NCBI RefSeq assembly: GCF_028641065.1
Contig: NC_073400.1
Span: 31,992,001 to 32,056,000 of the forward strand
Origin: Leucoraja erinacea
Taxonomy: Eukaryota
DNA: 64,000 nucleotides
Reading direction: 5' to 3'
Positions 25,802-38,600 of the stretch are shown piece after piece. Position 1 is the first letter of the stretch, and each line of letters begins with the position of its first letter. The notes under the pieces are model-generated. The model was given only the letters and a program-made list of their open reading frames with translations, was not told where the DNA came from and did not search any database. A program made the position numbers and the translations under genes.

Positions 25802-27602
25802 CAACCCGTTGCCTGGTGGCCAAAACTGAAAGACATGTAATAGATCCTTCTGCTCATGAGCTGCCACAGATACAGAATAATGGGAATAATGTTTAGTGCA
25901 AGGTAAAGTCCAGTAAAGTCTGATTAAAGAGAGTCCAAGGGGTCTCCATCAAGGTGGGTGGTCAGTTTTGGTCACCCTGCTAGAGGAAGGTTTATCTGCA
26001 GGTTTATAAGACATTGGTTAGGCCGCATCTGGAGTATTGTGTGCAGTTCATTTCACTCCATTACTGGAAGTATGTCTAGTTTATTTTGTTTTAGTTTAGA
26101 GATACAGCGCAGAAACAGGCTCCGACCATTGATCCCCGCACACTAACAGAATGGTCGATGGACGATGACACGTTGGCCTGGCTCGCCTCAACGGAGCTGC
26201 AGGTCTAAAAGACATACGACAGGTGAAGAAGAACACAATCCTACAAACACTAGGGACAATTTACACTTATACCAAGTATTCAAACCCAAACCAATTAACC
26301 TACAAGGAAGGGAGTGCAGGAGAACGTACAAACTCTGCAGAGACAGCACCCGTAGTCGGGATCGAACCCGGGTCTATGGCGCTGCAAGGCAGCAACTCTA
26401 CCACTGTGCCACCCATCAATGAGTCATAATGCATGGAAAGAGACCAAGATGTCCCATCTGCCTGTGTTCGGCCAAATATTTTTTAAACATTGCCATAGCA
26501 CCTTACCTCCTCTAGTAGCTCGTTCCAAACACCCACCACCCATTGTGTAAAAATATATGGAGGCTTTGGAGAGGTTGCAGAGGTTTACTAGAATCACGCC
26601 TCGATTACAAGGAATTATCTACATGGAGAGGTGTAAGATCTGCCATAAATTGGATATTTTCCCCTTATGTTTGACCTCTGAAAGTGTAACACCTCACCCA
26701 AGCTCGGATTAACCTCCATCTGCCATTTCCCTGCCCATTTCTGTAGCTGATCTATATCCCGCTGATTATGATATATTTATCTGTATGTTTAGTTTAGTTT
26801 GGTTTGGAGATACAGTGCGGAAACAGACCCTTCGGCCCATTGAGTCTGCGCCAACCAGCGATCACCCTGTACACTAACACTATCCTACACACAATAGGGA
26901 CAGCATTTTTACAGTTACACCAAGCCAATACACCTGTACACACCTACACACCTGTACGTCTTTGGAATGTGGGAGGAAACCAAAGAAACCGGAGGAAATC
27001 TAAGCAGGTCTCAGGGAGAACGTGCAAACTCCGTATAGACAGCACCCATAGTCGGGATGGAACCCGGGTCTCCGCCGCTGTGAGGCAGCAACTCTACCGC
27101 TGCGCCACTGTAGCGCCCATGTGTTATTGCATTAGTTAAGCTGCAGCAAGTCAAAATGTCATTGTCCATTGTTGATACATATGGCAATTAAGCACTCTTG
27201 ATTCTCTGCGTAGGAAGCAACTGCAGATGCTGGTTTACACCGAAGATGGACACAACGTTCTGGAGTAACTCTGTGGGTCAGGTAGCATCGCTGCAGAGAG
27301 GGAATGGGTGACGTTTCAGGTCGAGACCCTTGTTCAGACAGTCAGGGGAGAGGGAAACTTGAGGTATGAAAAGGTACAAAGAACAAACGAATGAAAGATA
27401 TGAAAATAACAAATCAAAGCCAGCAATGAAGATCAAGGAAAGGTGGAGCCCACAATGGTCTATTGTTGACCGTGGAACGAGTAGATACAAACAGTGAAAC
27501 TGGTAGTTTAAGAAGGAACTGCAGATGCTGGAAAAATCAAAGGTAGACAAAAATGCTGGAGAAACTCAGCGGGTGAGGCAGCAATTATGGAGTGAAGGAA
27601 TA

Positions 27603-27635
27603 GGTGACGTTTCGGGTCGAAACCCTTCTTCAGAC
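27603..27635 (-). ncRNA. Minimal type I hammerhead ribozyme core (Penelope-associated)
   Basis: Minus strand GU-CUGAAGA-A-GGGU-UUCG-ACCC-GAAACGUC-AC: catalytic boxes, stem II with UUCG loop, palindromic helix III and GUC cleavage triplet. Confidence 0.6.
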
Positions 27636-27794
27636 AGGTAGGAAGACTAGGGTGGGGGAATAAAGGAGAGAGAGGAAATGCAGGAATTACATGAAATTAG
27701 TGAAATTAATATTCATACCGCTGGGTTGTAAGTTTTCTAGTTGCCTACCATGGGTATAGAATAACTAGATGAATGGAATGTGGAAATGAGGAAC

Positions 27795-28170
27795 TGAAGA
27801 TGGGTCCTGACCCAAAACGTCACCTATCCATGTTCTCCACAGATGCTGCCTGACCCGCTGAGTTACTCCAGCACTCTGTGAAACGTCACCTATCCATGTT
27901 CTCCACAGATGCTGCCTGACCCGCTGAGTTATGACGCAGCAGCATCTATGGAGCTAAGGAAATAGGCAACTTTTCGGGCCGAAATCCTTCTGGAAATAGG
28001 CAACGTTTCGGGCCGAAACCCTTACGGGTTTCGGCCCGAAACGTTGCCTATTTCCTTAGCTCCATAGATGCTGCTGACCCACTGAGTTACTCCAGCTCTG
28101 TGAAACGTCACCTATCCATGTTCTCCACAGATGCTGCCTGACCCGCTGAGTTACTCCAGCACTCTGTGTC
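27795..28170. repeat. Penelope-derived 66-bp/palindrome module
   Basis: Same unit; inverted arms at about 27935-28075. Confidence 0.7.
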
Positions 28171-28308
28171 CTTTCCGGAATGATCAGATTGAGTGCGCTT
28201 TATTTGAGTATCGAGTATTTGCTTTAATATAAAGAATGTTGCTGTACCTTAGTACATGTGATAATAAAGGACCCATTGTCCCAGCGCCTCTTGTGCTAAA
28301 CCTGGTAG

Positions 28309-28342
28309 GCACTGCCATCTTGTGGCCATAGGAAAACTGCAG
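28309..28342 (-). promoter_or_regulatory. CTCF binding site with upstream (U) motif
   Basis: Minus strand CTGCAGTTTTCC-TAT-GGCCACAAGATGGCAGTGC: core resembling CCASYAGRKGGCRS plus a correctly spaced TGCAG..CC upstream module. Confidence 0.7.
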
Positions 28343-28365
28343 TGTCACTTACAGAACCAAAGTTA

Positions 28366-29396
28366 AGGGCCTGTCCCACTTGGCGGACATTTGCGGGACC
28401 TCGTCGTCGCGTTGTGACGCACGGGTAGCGTGTGGGCGGCACGGGACAGTCACATGGAGAAGCGCGGAGGGGTATGGAGTTACACGCGGTATCGCGCGGA
28501 GCTCCAGGATTTTGTAGTGCACAAATCTTCCCGTGCCTCCGGCGTGACGTATCGCGTACGCACGCGGACGTATTGCGGGTCGCACGCTGACGTCCTGACC
28601 TCGTACGTACAGAACTGTCGTGTACGAATCAACTATCACAAATACCTTGATTGCATATGCTTTTGATGGAGGAACGTAGGTGCATTTTGCAATGGAGTTT
28701 GAAATCAGAAAGTCCCCAGAGAATAAGTCATCTCTATTGAGTCATTTGTACCTGTATACATGTAGGTGACATATTGCCGTCGGCAGATCTGCCACGTTTG
28801 ATGCTGATGATGATTCACTAAAAATTGCAAATATTCGGACACTTGACACTCTTACAGAGTTTAAAACATTTTGTTCAACGGGCAGCTGCACCGATAATTG
28901 AGTTTGCGGCTCAAGGTTCAATGTTAATGCAAAGTCAGGGAGTCAAAGAACAATATTCGGTATTTTGATTATACGCTGAGTCGGCTCTGATTAATTTTAT
29001 TTATTTATTTTTTCCTCCAGCTTCACTCACAACGTGTCAAGTTCTCGTCATGTCGAACCCCATCTCACGCCCCCAAGGGAACGCGCAAAAGTCACTTAAT
29101 TAATGGGTGTTTAGCCATTCTCTCAGTGCAGGATACCATCCAACCGCAATACAGCATGGAGCAAACGTATATTCCGTGGCGGGGAAGGGGAGAGGGGAGG
29201 ATGGGAACATAACCCAAAGCAACCAATTTTCTGAATTACACCATAATTCGAAAGAAAAGACAGTATTATGCACGGAACAACTTTCCACTGGGTATTCAAA
29301 TGACGTCACGTGCTCCAGACGGCTGTGCTGACGCAGGAAGACGTGCGCGACTGTCGTGGCCTGTCGTGTAAATGAGGGCCAAGTAGGACAGGCCCT
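28366..29396. mobile_element. Non-autonomous PIF/Harbinger element
   Basis: TIRs AGGGCCTGTCCCACTTGGC / GCCAAGTAGGACAGGCCCT; TTA target duplication on both flanks; CpG-rich subterminal regions. Confidence 0.75.
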
Positions 29397-31649
29397 TTAC
29401 AGTAGGGATCATAGCCCATAGTTAAACCAGAATCAGAGGTGCCACATTGACATGTGGAACTAAACCGGCATTGTTCTACTATTAATACTACTATCACTTA
29501 TGACCAAACCTGAACACAATACTGGGGAGAAAGCAGGAACAGGGTACTGATTCTGGATGATCAGCCATGATCAAGTTGAATGGCGGTGCAGGCTCGAAGG
29601 GCCTCATGGACTACTCCTGCACCTATTTTCTATGTTTCTACTGTCAAACAGTTTTATACAAGGTGTTATTACTGATTGAACAGGGTTTTTTTCAGTAGTG
29701 TTAAGGTTATTAATTTAGTGAAGTCTTTTGTTTATTATATGTTATCTATGAGTATTGTGTTGACATCCTGTTCTGCGGCTGCAGGTAAGAATGTAATTGT
29801 TCCATTGTTGGTACATATGACAATTAAACACTCTTTAAAGTTTAGTTTAGTGATACAGCATGGAAACAGGCCCTTCGGCCCACATAGTCCGCACCGACCA
29901 GCGATCCCAACACATTAACACTATCTTACACAACAGGAACAAGTTTTACATTTATACCAAGCCAATTAACCGTTACGTCTTTGGAAACCCACACAGGTGA
30001 CGGGGAGAACGTACAAACTCCATAGACTTGATGGGCTGAATGGCCTAATTCTACTATTCCTTATGACCTTATGATCAACAATCAACCATATATTAATTCT
30101 ATTCTACACACCAGGACATTTCTTGCACCTGCAGATCTTTGGAATGTGAGAGGAAACCAGAGCACCAGGAGGAAACCCAGGTGGTCCCAGGGAGAACATT
30201 TATAGTGGAGCCTATTTGGAGGTTGTTGTGTCTAATTGCGTGACGTTGTAGGCCTGGGCTATTGTAAGTATCTATGAAAGGAGATCTGTTGCAGAAGCTT
30301 TGCACTGACTGAACTATCTCTGCTACAAGTGTCTGCGCTCCATCAGAAATATCAATGGCTCCTCTCCCTGCAGCAGAAGAGGAGGGGGCAAGAGAAGACT
30401 TTGTGCTAACCACATTGATGGTATGTACGGTGATCTGAGGGACCCAGCCAACGTCTATCGATGCTTTAGAGGAGAAGCAATTGCACAATATTGTGCCCGT
30501 GGATTAGTGTTTGCCAAAGAATGTAAATATTGCAACAAGCTTGCCCTCTGAAATACTGCACATGCTCAAATATCAAACTCTAACAAATCAAACATTAGAT
30601 TCCACGTGTTGCAAATAAAAATGACACAAATTAATTGACTGGCAAATTATTTATTAAAATGATTTGTTAATTTGAAAGTTTGAGTGTGGAAGGAAACCGG
30701 AGAAAACCTACACAGGTCACGGGGAGAACGTGCAAACTCTGTACAGACAGCACCCGTTGTCAGGATCGAACCTGGGTCTCTGGCGATGTGAGGCAGCAGC
30801 TCTACCCGCTGCGCAACGTGTCTGCATTCCTTTCTATACAACCAACATTCGCATTCACTCCAGGATGCTCACTGTTCTCGGCTGTAAAACTGCATGAGCC
30901 TGGATAAGTGGCTGCCGACAACGTTGAAGGTCATGCTCTTTTTTGCTGACGGTGTTTGCTTGCTGATCATGACCTGCTGATATTCTGGCCGTCTTCTTTC
31001 GGTTGCAGAAAAAAACCCAATCAATAACATTTCAGCAGTGTCAATAGCCTTCGGGAGCACTCACTGAATGATGTGCTGATATTCCAGAAATTAAAAGGAT
31101 CAACATGTCCCTATTGGGTTTTTACTGTTTAGTCCAATACGCGGAGGCTACCAGTCCCATCCAGTCATGGGAAACATATCGCAATACGTCAGAGTCAACA
31201 CCAGTTGCTGGGTGACCTGACATTTCAGAGAGAGATGTGATCGATGGTCATGGCAAGGTGACCTTGTTTACAGTGGAGCAGACACAAAGACTTGTAGAGT
31301 TCGACAGCACAGAAACAGGCCCTTCAGCCCACTGAATCATCCTACCACAACTAAAGAGCAGTCCTGCTCTGCTATCTACCTCATTGGTGACCCTCGGACT
31401 ATCTTTGATCGGACTTTACTGGCTTTACCTTGCACTAAGCGTTATTCCCTTATCATATCTATACACTGCAAATGGCTCGATTGTAATCATGTATTGTCTT
31501 TCCGCTGACTGATTAGCACGCAACAAAAGCTTTTCACTGTACCTCGTGACAATAAACTAAACTAAATTCCGTCCACACTTTTATACCAAGAAAGACAAGC
31601 CTGGAACTTTTTGCCACTTGGATAATTCCACAGACTCACAAGACAGATA

Positions 31650-32052
31650 ATTCCACAGACTCACCACTCTCTGTGAGAAAAAGTCTTTCCTCTTCTCCGT
31701 TCTAACTGGCTTACCCCTTATTCTTAAACTGTGGCCCCAGGTTCTGGACTCCCCCAACATCGGGAACATGTTTCCTGCCTCTAGCATGTCCAAACCCTTA
31801 AAATCTTTATTTCAATTAGATAACCTCTCATCCTTCTAAACTCCAGAGTGTACAAGCCCAGCCGCTCCATTTTCCAAGCATATGACAGTCCCGCCATCCT
31901 GGGAATTAACCTTGTAAACCTACGCTGGGCTCCCTCAATAGCAAGAATGTCCTTCCTCAAATTAGGGGACCAAAACTGCACACAATACTCCAGGTGTGGT
32001 CTCACTAGGGCCCTGTACAACTGCAGAAGGACCTCTTTGCTCCTATACTCAA
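31650..32052 (-). mobile_element. CR1 LINE RT fragment
   Basis: 'LQLYRALVRPHLEYCVQFWSPNLRKDILAIEGAQRRFTRLIP'. Confidence 0.85.
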
Positions 32053-32607
32053 CTATTGTTATAAAGGAGGGTCTCAACTTGAAATGTCATCCATTCCTTC
32101 TCTCCAGAGATGCTGCTTGTCCCGCTGAGTTACTCCAGCACTTTGTGTCGCACGGGTCAAGGTAGATTGGAAAGAAGGATGACAGACACAAAAAGCTGGA
32201 GTAACTTAGCGAATCAGGCAGCATCTCTGGAGGAAAGGAACAGGTGCCGTTTCGGGTGGAGATGTTTGGAGAGTCCACCACAGTCCACGGATGAGGTTCC
32301 AAGCTCCTCGGTAGCGGGGGAGAGTCAGACCCCTGGGAGAAGATGCTCCCATGTTGACTTTGCACGCTGGGTTATCTAGTACCTTTGAACTTCAAACATT
32401 TCCTGCATTTCTACCCACATTTACCTTGTTCACTATCACTGCTTAGTTGATCATTTATTGGAATTGCGGCTGCATTTCTCCCATTGCCCAGGTGACATTC
32501 TGACACTCTCCTGTTGTCGTGAGATATCCATAGGCTGGTCAGACAGAGACCAGTGCATAGTGCTAACTGGCATCAGTGGAAGAACCTTCCCTGCACAAGA
32601 GGACAAG

Positions 32608-32632
32608 ATGGTAAAGATCATCTTCTGCGCTG
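32608..32632 (+). CDS. chitinase-like exon 1 (MVKIIFCA)
   Basis: 25 nt; AAGATGG Kozak and G|gtaag donor, same layout as chia exon 1. Confidence 0.75.
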
Positions 32633-35600
32633 GTAAGAATGACATTCAACTATATATCTGAACAATCAGAAGCTCGGTTAATGGCCTTAAACCTTGCAAA
32701 CATGATGGATTTTTTAATCAATTTCTTGAACTATCCTGCACAACTCTAATCCTACCCAACCAATCACTACGAACCACACCTTGCGCTACTGTGGACTTGT
32801 TTTCTCATTGCGTATTCTCGCCCCAATGTCTTCAGATTTATTTTTCCAGTCTTTTTATTTTTCACCATCTTGTAGAGTGCTCCAGTTTTCTCCCACATGC
32901 CAAAGATGTGCGGGTTTGCAGGTTAATCGGCCTTGGTATATTGTCTCTAGTGTGTGGGGAGCCGGTGCAAAAGTGGGAAAACATAGAACTATTGCGAACC
33001 GTTGATCGATGGTCGGCGTGGACTCGGTGGGCCACAGAGTTTCCATGATATATCTTTCAATCCATTCAATTTATACCTCATTTATGTGCAATTCATCTAA
33101 TGTTTATATATGTTTTTGTCTGTTGTCTGAGTCCAAGTTTTTCTATATTTTGTTTCTATTATTTCAGTGGGATTCCTGCTGTTGTTACAAGCATACAATG
33201 GTAAGCAGCATGCACTGAATGTATCCCATACCAACACCATGAATATTTATGCCGTCATCGGTCAAAGTTAATCAAATAGCTGTCGTTTGTGGCAGAGTGA
33301 AAATCTCAAATACAGGTGTTGATAGCAATTTACTGTAGATCACAGTGAATGGCGGTGCTAGCTCGAAGGGCCAAATGGCCTCCTCCTGCACCTATTTTCT
33401 ATGTTTCTACGTTAATCATTGTACGAAAATACTTTCATTTATTGAGCACAATACTGGGGGTGGGGAGATTGCAACCTTCACGTGGTCCGCCCTGTTTCGA
33501 TTAATGCAATCAATCCGACGGGCACAGTCAAATAAGATCAAATAGAACAAGTTGTCCGACAACTTTAGGCTGTGCACACCATACGCAAGGGGATGAAGAA
33601 GAAGCACAAAGGTACACAAAATTGCTGGAGAAATTCAGCGGGTGCAGCAGCATCTATGGAGCGAAGGAAATAGGCAACGTTTCCGGCCGAAACCCTTCTT
33701 CAGACTGAATTAAGAAGAAGCACAATACTGGAGAACACAGATAGGTGACGATTTGGTGTAAGATTATTCTTCGGAATGAGCTTTGAAGCTGGGTCTCGAC
33801 CTATCCATGTTCTCCAGAAATGATGCCTGACCCGCTGGGTTACTCCAGCACTTTGTCTCTTTTTGTGTAAACCAGCATCTGCAGTTCTTTGTTTCTGCTT
33901 TCATTTACACAAAGGCTATCTGCCAGTAGAAAATGCTTCCATTTCGAAGCTTCAAATGGGTTTTCTAATTGTATTTGATAAAAAAATCAACTGACAACTT
34001 TTTTTAAACCAGTTTTAAGCCAGGACTACAAGATAGTTTGTTACTACACAAACTGGGCACATAAACGAGGAAACTGCAAGTTCCTACCAGAAGATATCAA
34101 CCCCAAGTTATGTACACATCTGGTCTATGCCTTCGCTGTTATTGGCAAGAACCATGAAATGGTCCCACAGCAGACAGAGGATGAAAGCCTCTACGAGTCG
34201 TTTAATAATCTGAAAAAACGGTACGTGAATTTACGAGACCTTGCAATGATTGTTAACTTAAATGTTTAATTCCACTGCAAATCTCTTCACAAGAAACTAT
34301 CACAATCAGTTGAGTGCAGGGGGATGAGGGGTGATCTCATTGAGGTGGATAAGATTATGTGAGGAATAGAGATGCACAGAGTCTCTTGCCGAGAGTGGTG
34401 GAATCGAGGACCAGAGGACAAATGTTTAAAGTGAAGGGGGAAAGATTTAATAGGAAGCTGAGGGGTAACTTCCTCACACAAAGGGTGGTGGGTGCATGGA
34501 ACAAGCTGCCAGAGGAGGTAGTTGAGGCAGGCACTATCCCAACATTTAAGAAGCAGTTGGACAGGTGCATGGATAGGACAGGTTTAGAGGGATGTGGACA
34601 AAGTGCGGGCAGGTGGGACTAGAGTGGCTGGGACATGTTGGCCGGTGTGGGCAGTTTGGGCCGAAGGGCCTGCTTCTGCACTGTATCACTCTATGTCTAT
34701 CTCACTTTTTGTTTAAATGAGGAATTGGTTTTCAAAATCTATGCAGGAAATTACCATCAGCTTAATATTAAATATATGTATGAACATATTGTACTGTGCA
34801 GAAATGAGTCTAAAATAATGAGAGGAAATCTCTCACGAGAAAGGTTTCCGTGGTAACCATTAAGTGTCCTGTTAAAACAGTTAAGAGTTCAATACTGAAA
34901 CTAATTAGTTAGTGTTGGCAAATAGAACTTTTTTTTTTCATAATTCACAATTGCATTAAACCACTGTGGATTTATCCATCTTTAGTCATTTCCAATTCCC
35001 AAGCCTCCTTTAGTTTAGTTTGGTTTAGAGATATAGCGTGGAAACAGGCCCTTCGGCCCACCGAGTCTGCACCGACCAGCAATTCCCACGCATTAAGACT
35101 ACCTTACCTATACACACACTAGGGACAGTTTACACTTAAACCAAGCCAATTAACCTACAAACCTGTAAATCTTTGGAGTGCGGGAGGAAACCGAAGATCT
35201 CGAAGAAAACCCACGCAGGTCACGGGGAGAACATACAAACACCATGCAGACAGCACCCATAGTCAGGATCGAACCCGTGTCTCTGGAGCTGCAAAAATCT
35301 GTAAGACAGTGCGGCCCAAAATTCTGATTTATTCAATTACTTAAATTTAAATTTTGTACTGGCTATAGTGGGACTTGAACTCATATCCCTGGATCAATAA
35401 TCCAGCTCCCAGTCCACTCATTTAACTGTTCTCCCCGTGACCATGTGGGTTTCCTCCTCGTGCTCCGGTTTCCTCCCACTCCAAAGACACGCAGGCTTGT
35501 AGATTGAAGTCGGGTTTCGGCCCGAAACGTTGCCTATTTCCTTCGCTCCATAGATGCTGCTGCACCCGCTGAGTTTCTCCAGCAATTTTGTGTACCTCAG

Positions 35601-38600
35601 GCTTGTAGATTAATTGGCTTCTATAAATTGTCCCCAGTGTGTGGGATAGAACAAGTGTACGGGGTGATCGTTGGTCTGAGCAGACTCGGTGGGCCGAAGG
35701 GCCTGTTCCCACGCTATATGCCGAATGGCCTACTCCTGCACCTAATTTCTATGTTTCTATGTTTCTATATCTCTAAAACTAAATAGATATGACGAATGTA
35801 CAAATATGCAGTCTGTATGGACTCCATGTAGATGGGGTTTACGTGTGTGCTTGTGTTATCCGTCTTAAATGGAATCTAAAAGAGTAACTTTACCCATCAG
35901 CGTGTTATTTATTGGGTAAAGGACATGGAAACTGTAGCTTCAGACGGAGGCTGTTCCAGCTACCTTGTGTTGTTACTTCACAGCACTTCAACGTGGGCTG
36001 GGCCATAGAAAGCACTTCAGAGAATTGTTGTACTGACCTCCAAAAATGAAAAGTTGTTGATGGAGTCAGATTTATTTTTCATGCCTTTGTGCTTTTTAAA
36101 AAAAAAAATAATGTCCTCTGATTTCCACAGAAACCCAAACTTACGAACACTCTTATCCATTGGAGGCTGGAATTTCGGAACTGAAAAGTAAGGCTCTTTC
36201 TTGAATGAAATTTGAGAGAGAGCGCTGCCTTACAGCGCTGGACACACGGGTTCGATCCCGACCGAAAGTGTTGTCCATGTGGAGTTTGCACGTTCTCCAT
36301 GTGACCATGTAGATTTTCTCCGGGGACTCAAGTTTCCTCCCTCATCTCAAAGACATGTTGGATTAAAGGATACTCGGCCCTCTGTAAATTGCCCCTGGCG
36401 TGTAGGGAGTGGATGAGAAAGTGGGATCACATAGAACTCGTGATCGATAATCGGCCTGGACTCGGTGGGCCGAGGGGACTCTTTCCATTTTAGTATCTCT
36501 AAATTAAACTGATGACTGGGTCAATGACCACAAGAAAATACAGAACTATCCCAGATTGTGTGCCAGTAGATATGTATGCAATCAAACCTGTCTGCTTAAC
36601 TGAGTAAAAGAGTTTAATAGATCACACTGAACTTTCGAAGACAGATAAACTGGATGTTTATTTTTATCACGTGATAAAATCCAATCATATCAGATAACAA
36701 ATGAACGCATCTATCCATGTACATATTGGTTTACAAAATTAATCCTTCAAAATGCCTAACTTTCATGGATTTGAAGTTTATTACATGGGTTTCTGTAATA
36801 AATGATCTGGAGTGAAACACAAAGCACTGGAGGAACTCAGCAGGTCAGGCAGCATCTGTGGAGGAAATGGTCAAACAATTCACACAAATTCATTCATGTC
36901 ATACACAAGTACTGCAAGAACATAAAACATAGGAGTAGAATTAGGCCATTCAGCCCATTGGGTGTACAATAGTGATGGAAGGAACTGCAGATGCTGGTTT
37001 ACAACAAAGATACACACAAAATGCTGGAGTAACTCAGCAGAACAGGCAGCATCTCTGGAGGGAAGGAATGGATGAGGTTTCAGGTCGAAACATCGCCCAT
37101 TCCTTCTCTCCAGAGATGCCGCCTGTGTTACTCCAGCTTTGTGTCTATCCATAGTTCGACAGGTTGAGCAAAGAGAAAAATACCAGGGTGCAGAATATAG
37201 TTTTTCAGCATTGTAACGTAACAGTTCCAGAGAAAAAGTCAACTGTAGCAATGAGGTAGGTTGGAAAATGGGGACAGTGCCCCAGCTTATGGAAGAAAAT
37301 AAGATCAGAGTCTGGTAGTGACCCCTTTCAAGCTTCCGTATCATCTGCCCGACATTCAATCTCGTACAATAGGTGGAGCAAAGGGGGAGATAGAGTTCAG
37401 AATAGTTCTCAACATTGTAGCGCATCAGTTCCAGGGACAAAGTCCAATGTCCGCAATGGGGTTGAGATGAATCGGACAGTACTCTAGTTTATGAATGGAC
37501 CATTCAGAAGCGTAATAACAGAGGGGAAGAAGCCATTCCTCAGTCTGGGAGTGGTGATATCAGGGTTATATCACTGGTATATTTGGGTCACCTCAGTGGA
37601 TAACCGGTGAATGGAAAATAACAACCACTAAACCTCACTCCAGGGTCCCGACTCGAAACGTGGTCTGTCCATTCCCTCCACGGATGCTGCCAGACCCGCT
37701 GAGTTACTCCAGCACTTTGTGTTTCTCTCCAGATCGTTTATTACAGAAATAAGAAACTTCAAATACTCAAAGTCTGGCATTTTGAAGGATTAGTTTTGTG
37801 GAATAGCAGCGTACCGAGCAGCCATCAGGGGCCGTGTGTGTTGTCAGGTGGGGAATATTTCACTATTATCCATCTGCTGAGTTTGGAAAACTCAATTTTG
37901 AAAGGACTTGTAAAATTAAAAAAAGACACAAAGTGGCGAAGAAACCATATAACCATATAACAATTACAGCACGGAAACAGGCCATCTCGGCCCTACAAGT
38001 CCATGCCGAACAAATTTTGTTCCCCTTAGTCCCACCTGCCTGCACTCGTACCATAACCCTCCATTCCCTTCTCATCCATATGCCTATCCAATTTATTTTT
38101 AAATGATACCAATGAACCTGCCTCCACCACTTCCACTGGGAGCTCATTCCACACCGCCACCACTCTCTGCGTAAAGAAGTTCCCCCTCATATTACCCCTA
38201 AACTTCTGTCCCTTAATGTAGCGAAACGTAGTGAGTCTCTCAGCAACATGGAATGGTGATGTTTCGGGTTGGGATCCTTCTTCAGACGTTACAGTGGTGG
38301 GGGGGGGGGGGGGGGGGCTGGATGAGGGTAGTGGGGCATGACAAAGCCTGGCAAGTGCTAGGCAGGAAAATTCTGGAGTAATTCAGCGAGTCAGGAAGCA
38401 TCTGAGGCGAATATGGATAAGTGACATCTTGGTTTGGACACTTCTACAGATGGATTGTTGTGAGGGGAGAGTGATGGGTGGATACAGGTGAAGGCATCCA
38501 GGACAGAAAGGTCAGTAGGGGATGAGAAGGGGAGTTAAAATGGTTAGCAACCAGGAACTCCAGCAGAGCCAAGAGTTCTAGTAAAAAATAAAACATCCTT

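Noticed and set aside
30200-31270. Unique-looking sequence with a 129-aa minus-strand ORF
   Set aside because: No recognisable motif or consistent splice pattern; the ORF runs into a SINE.
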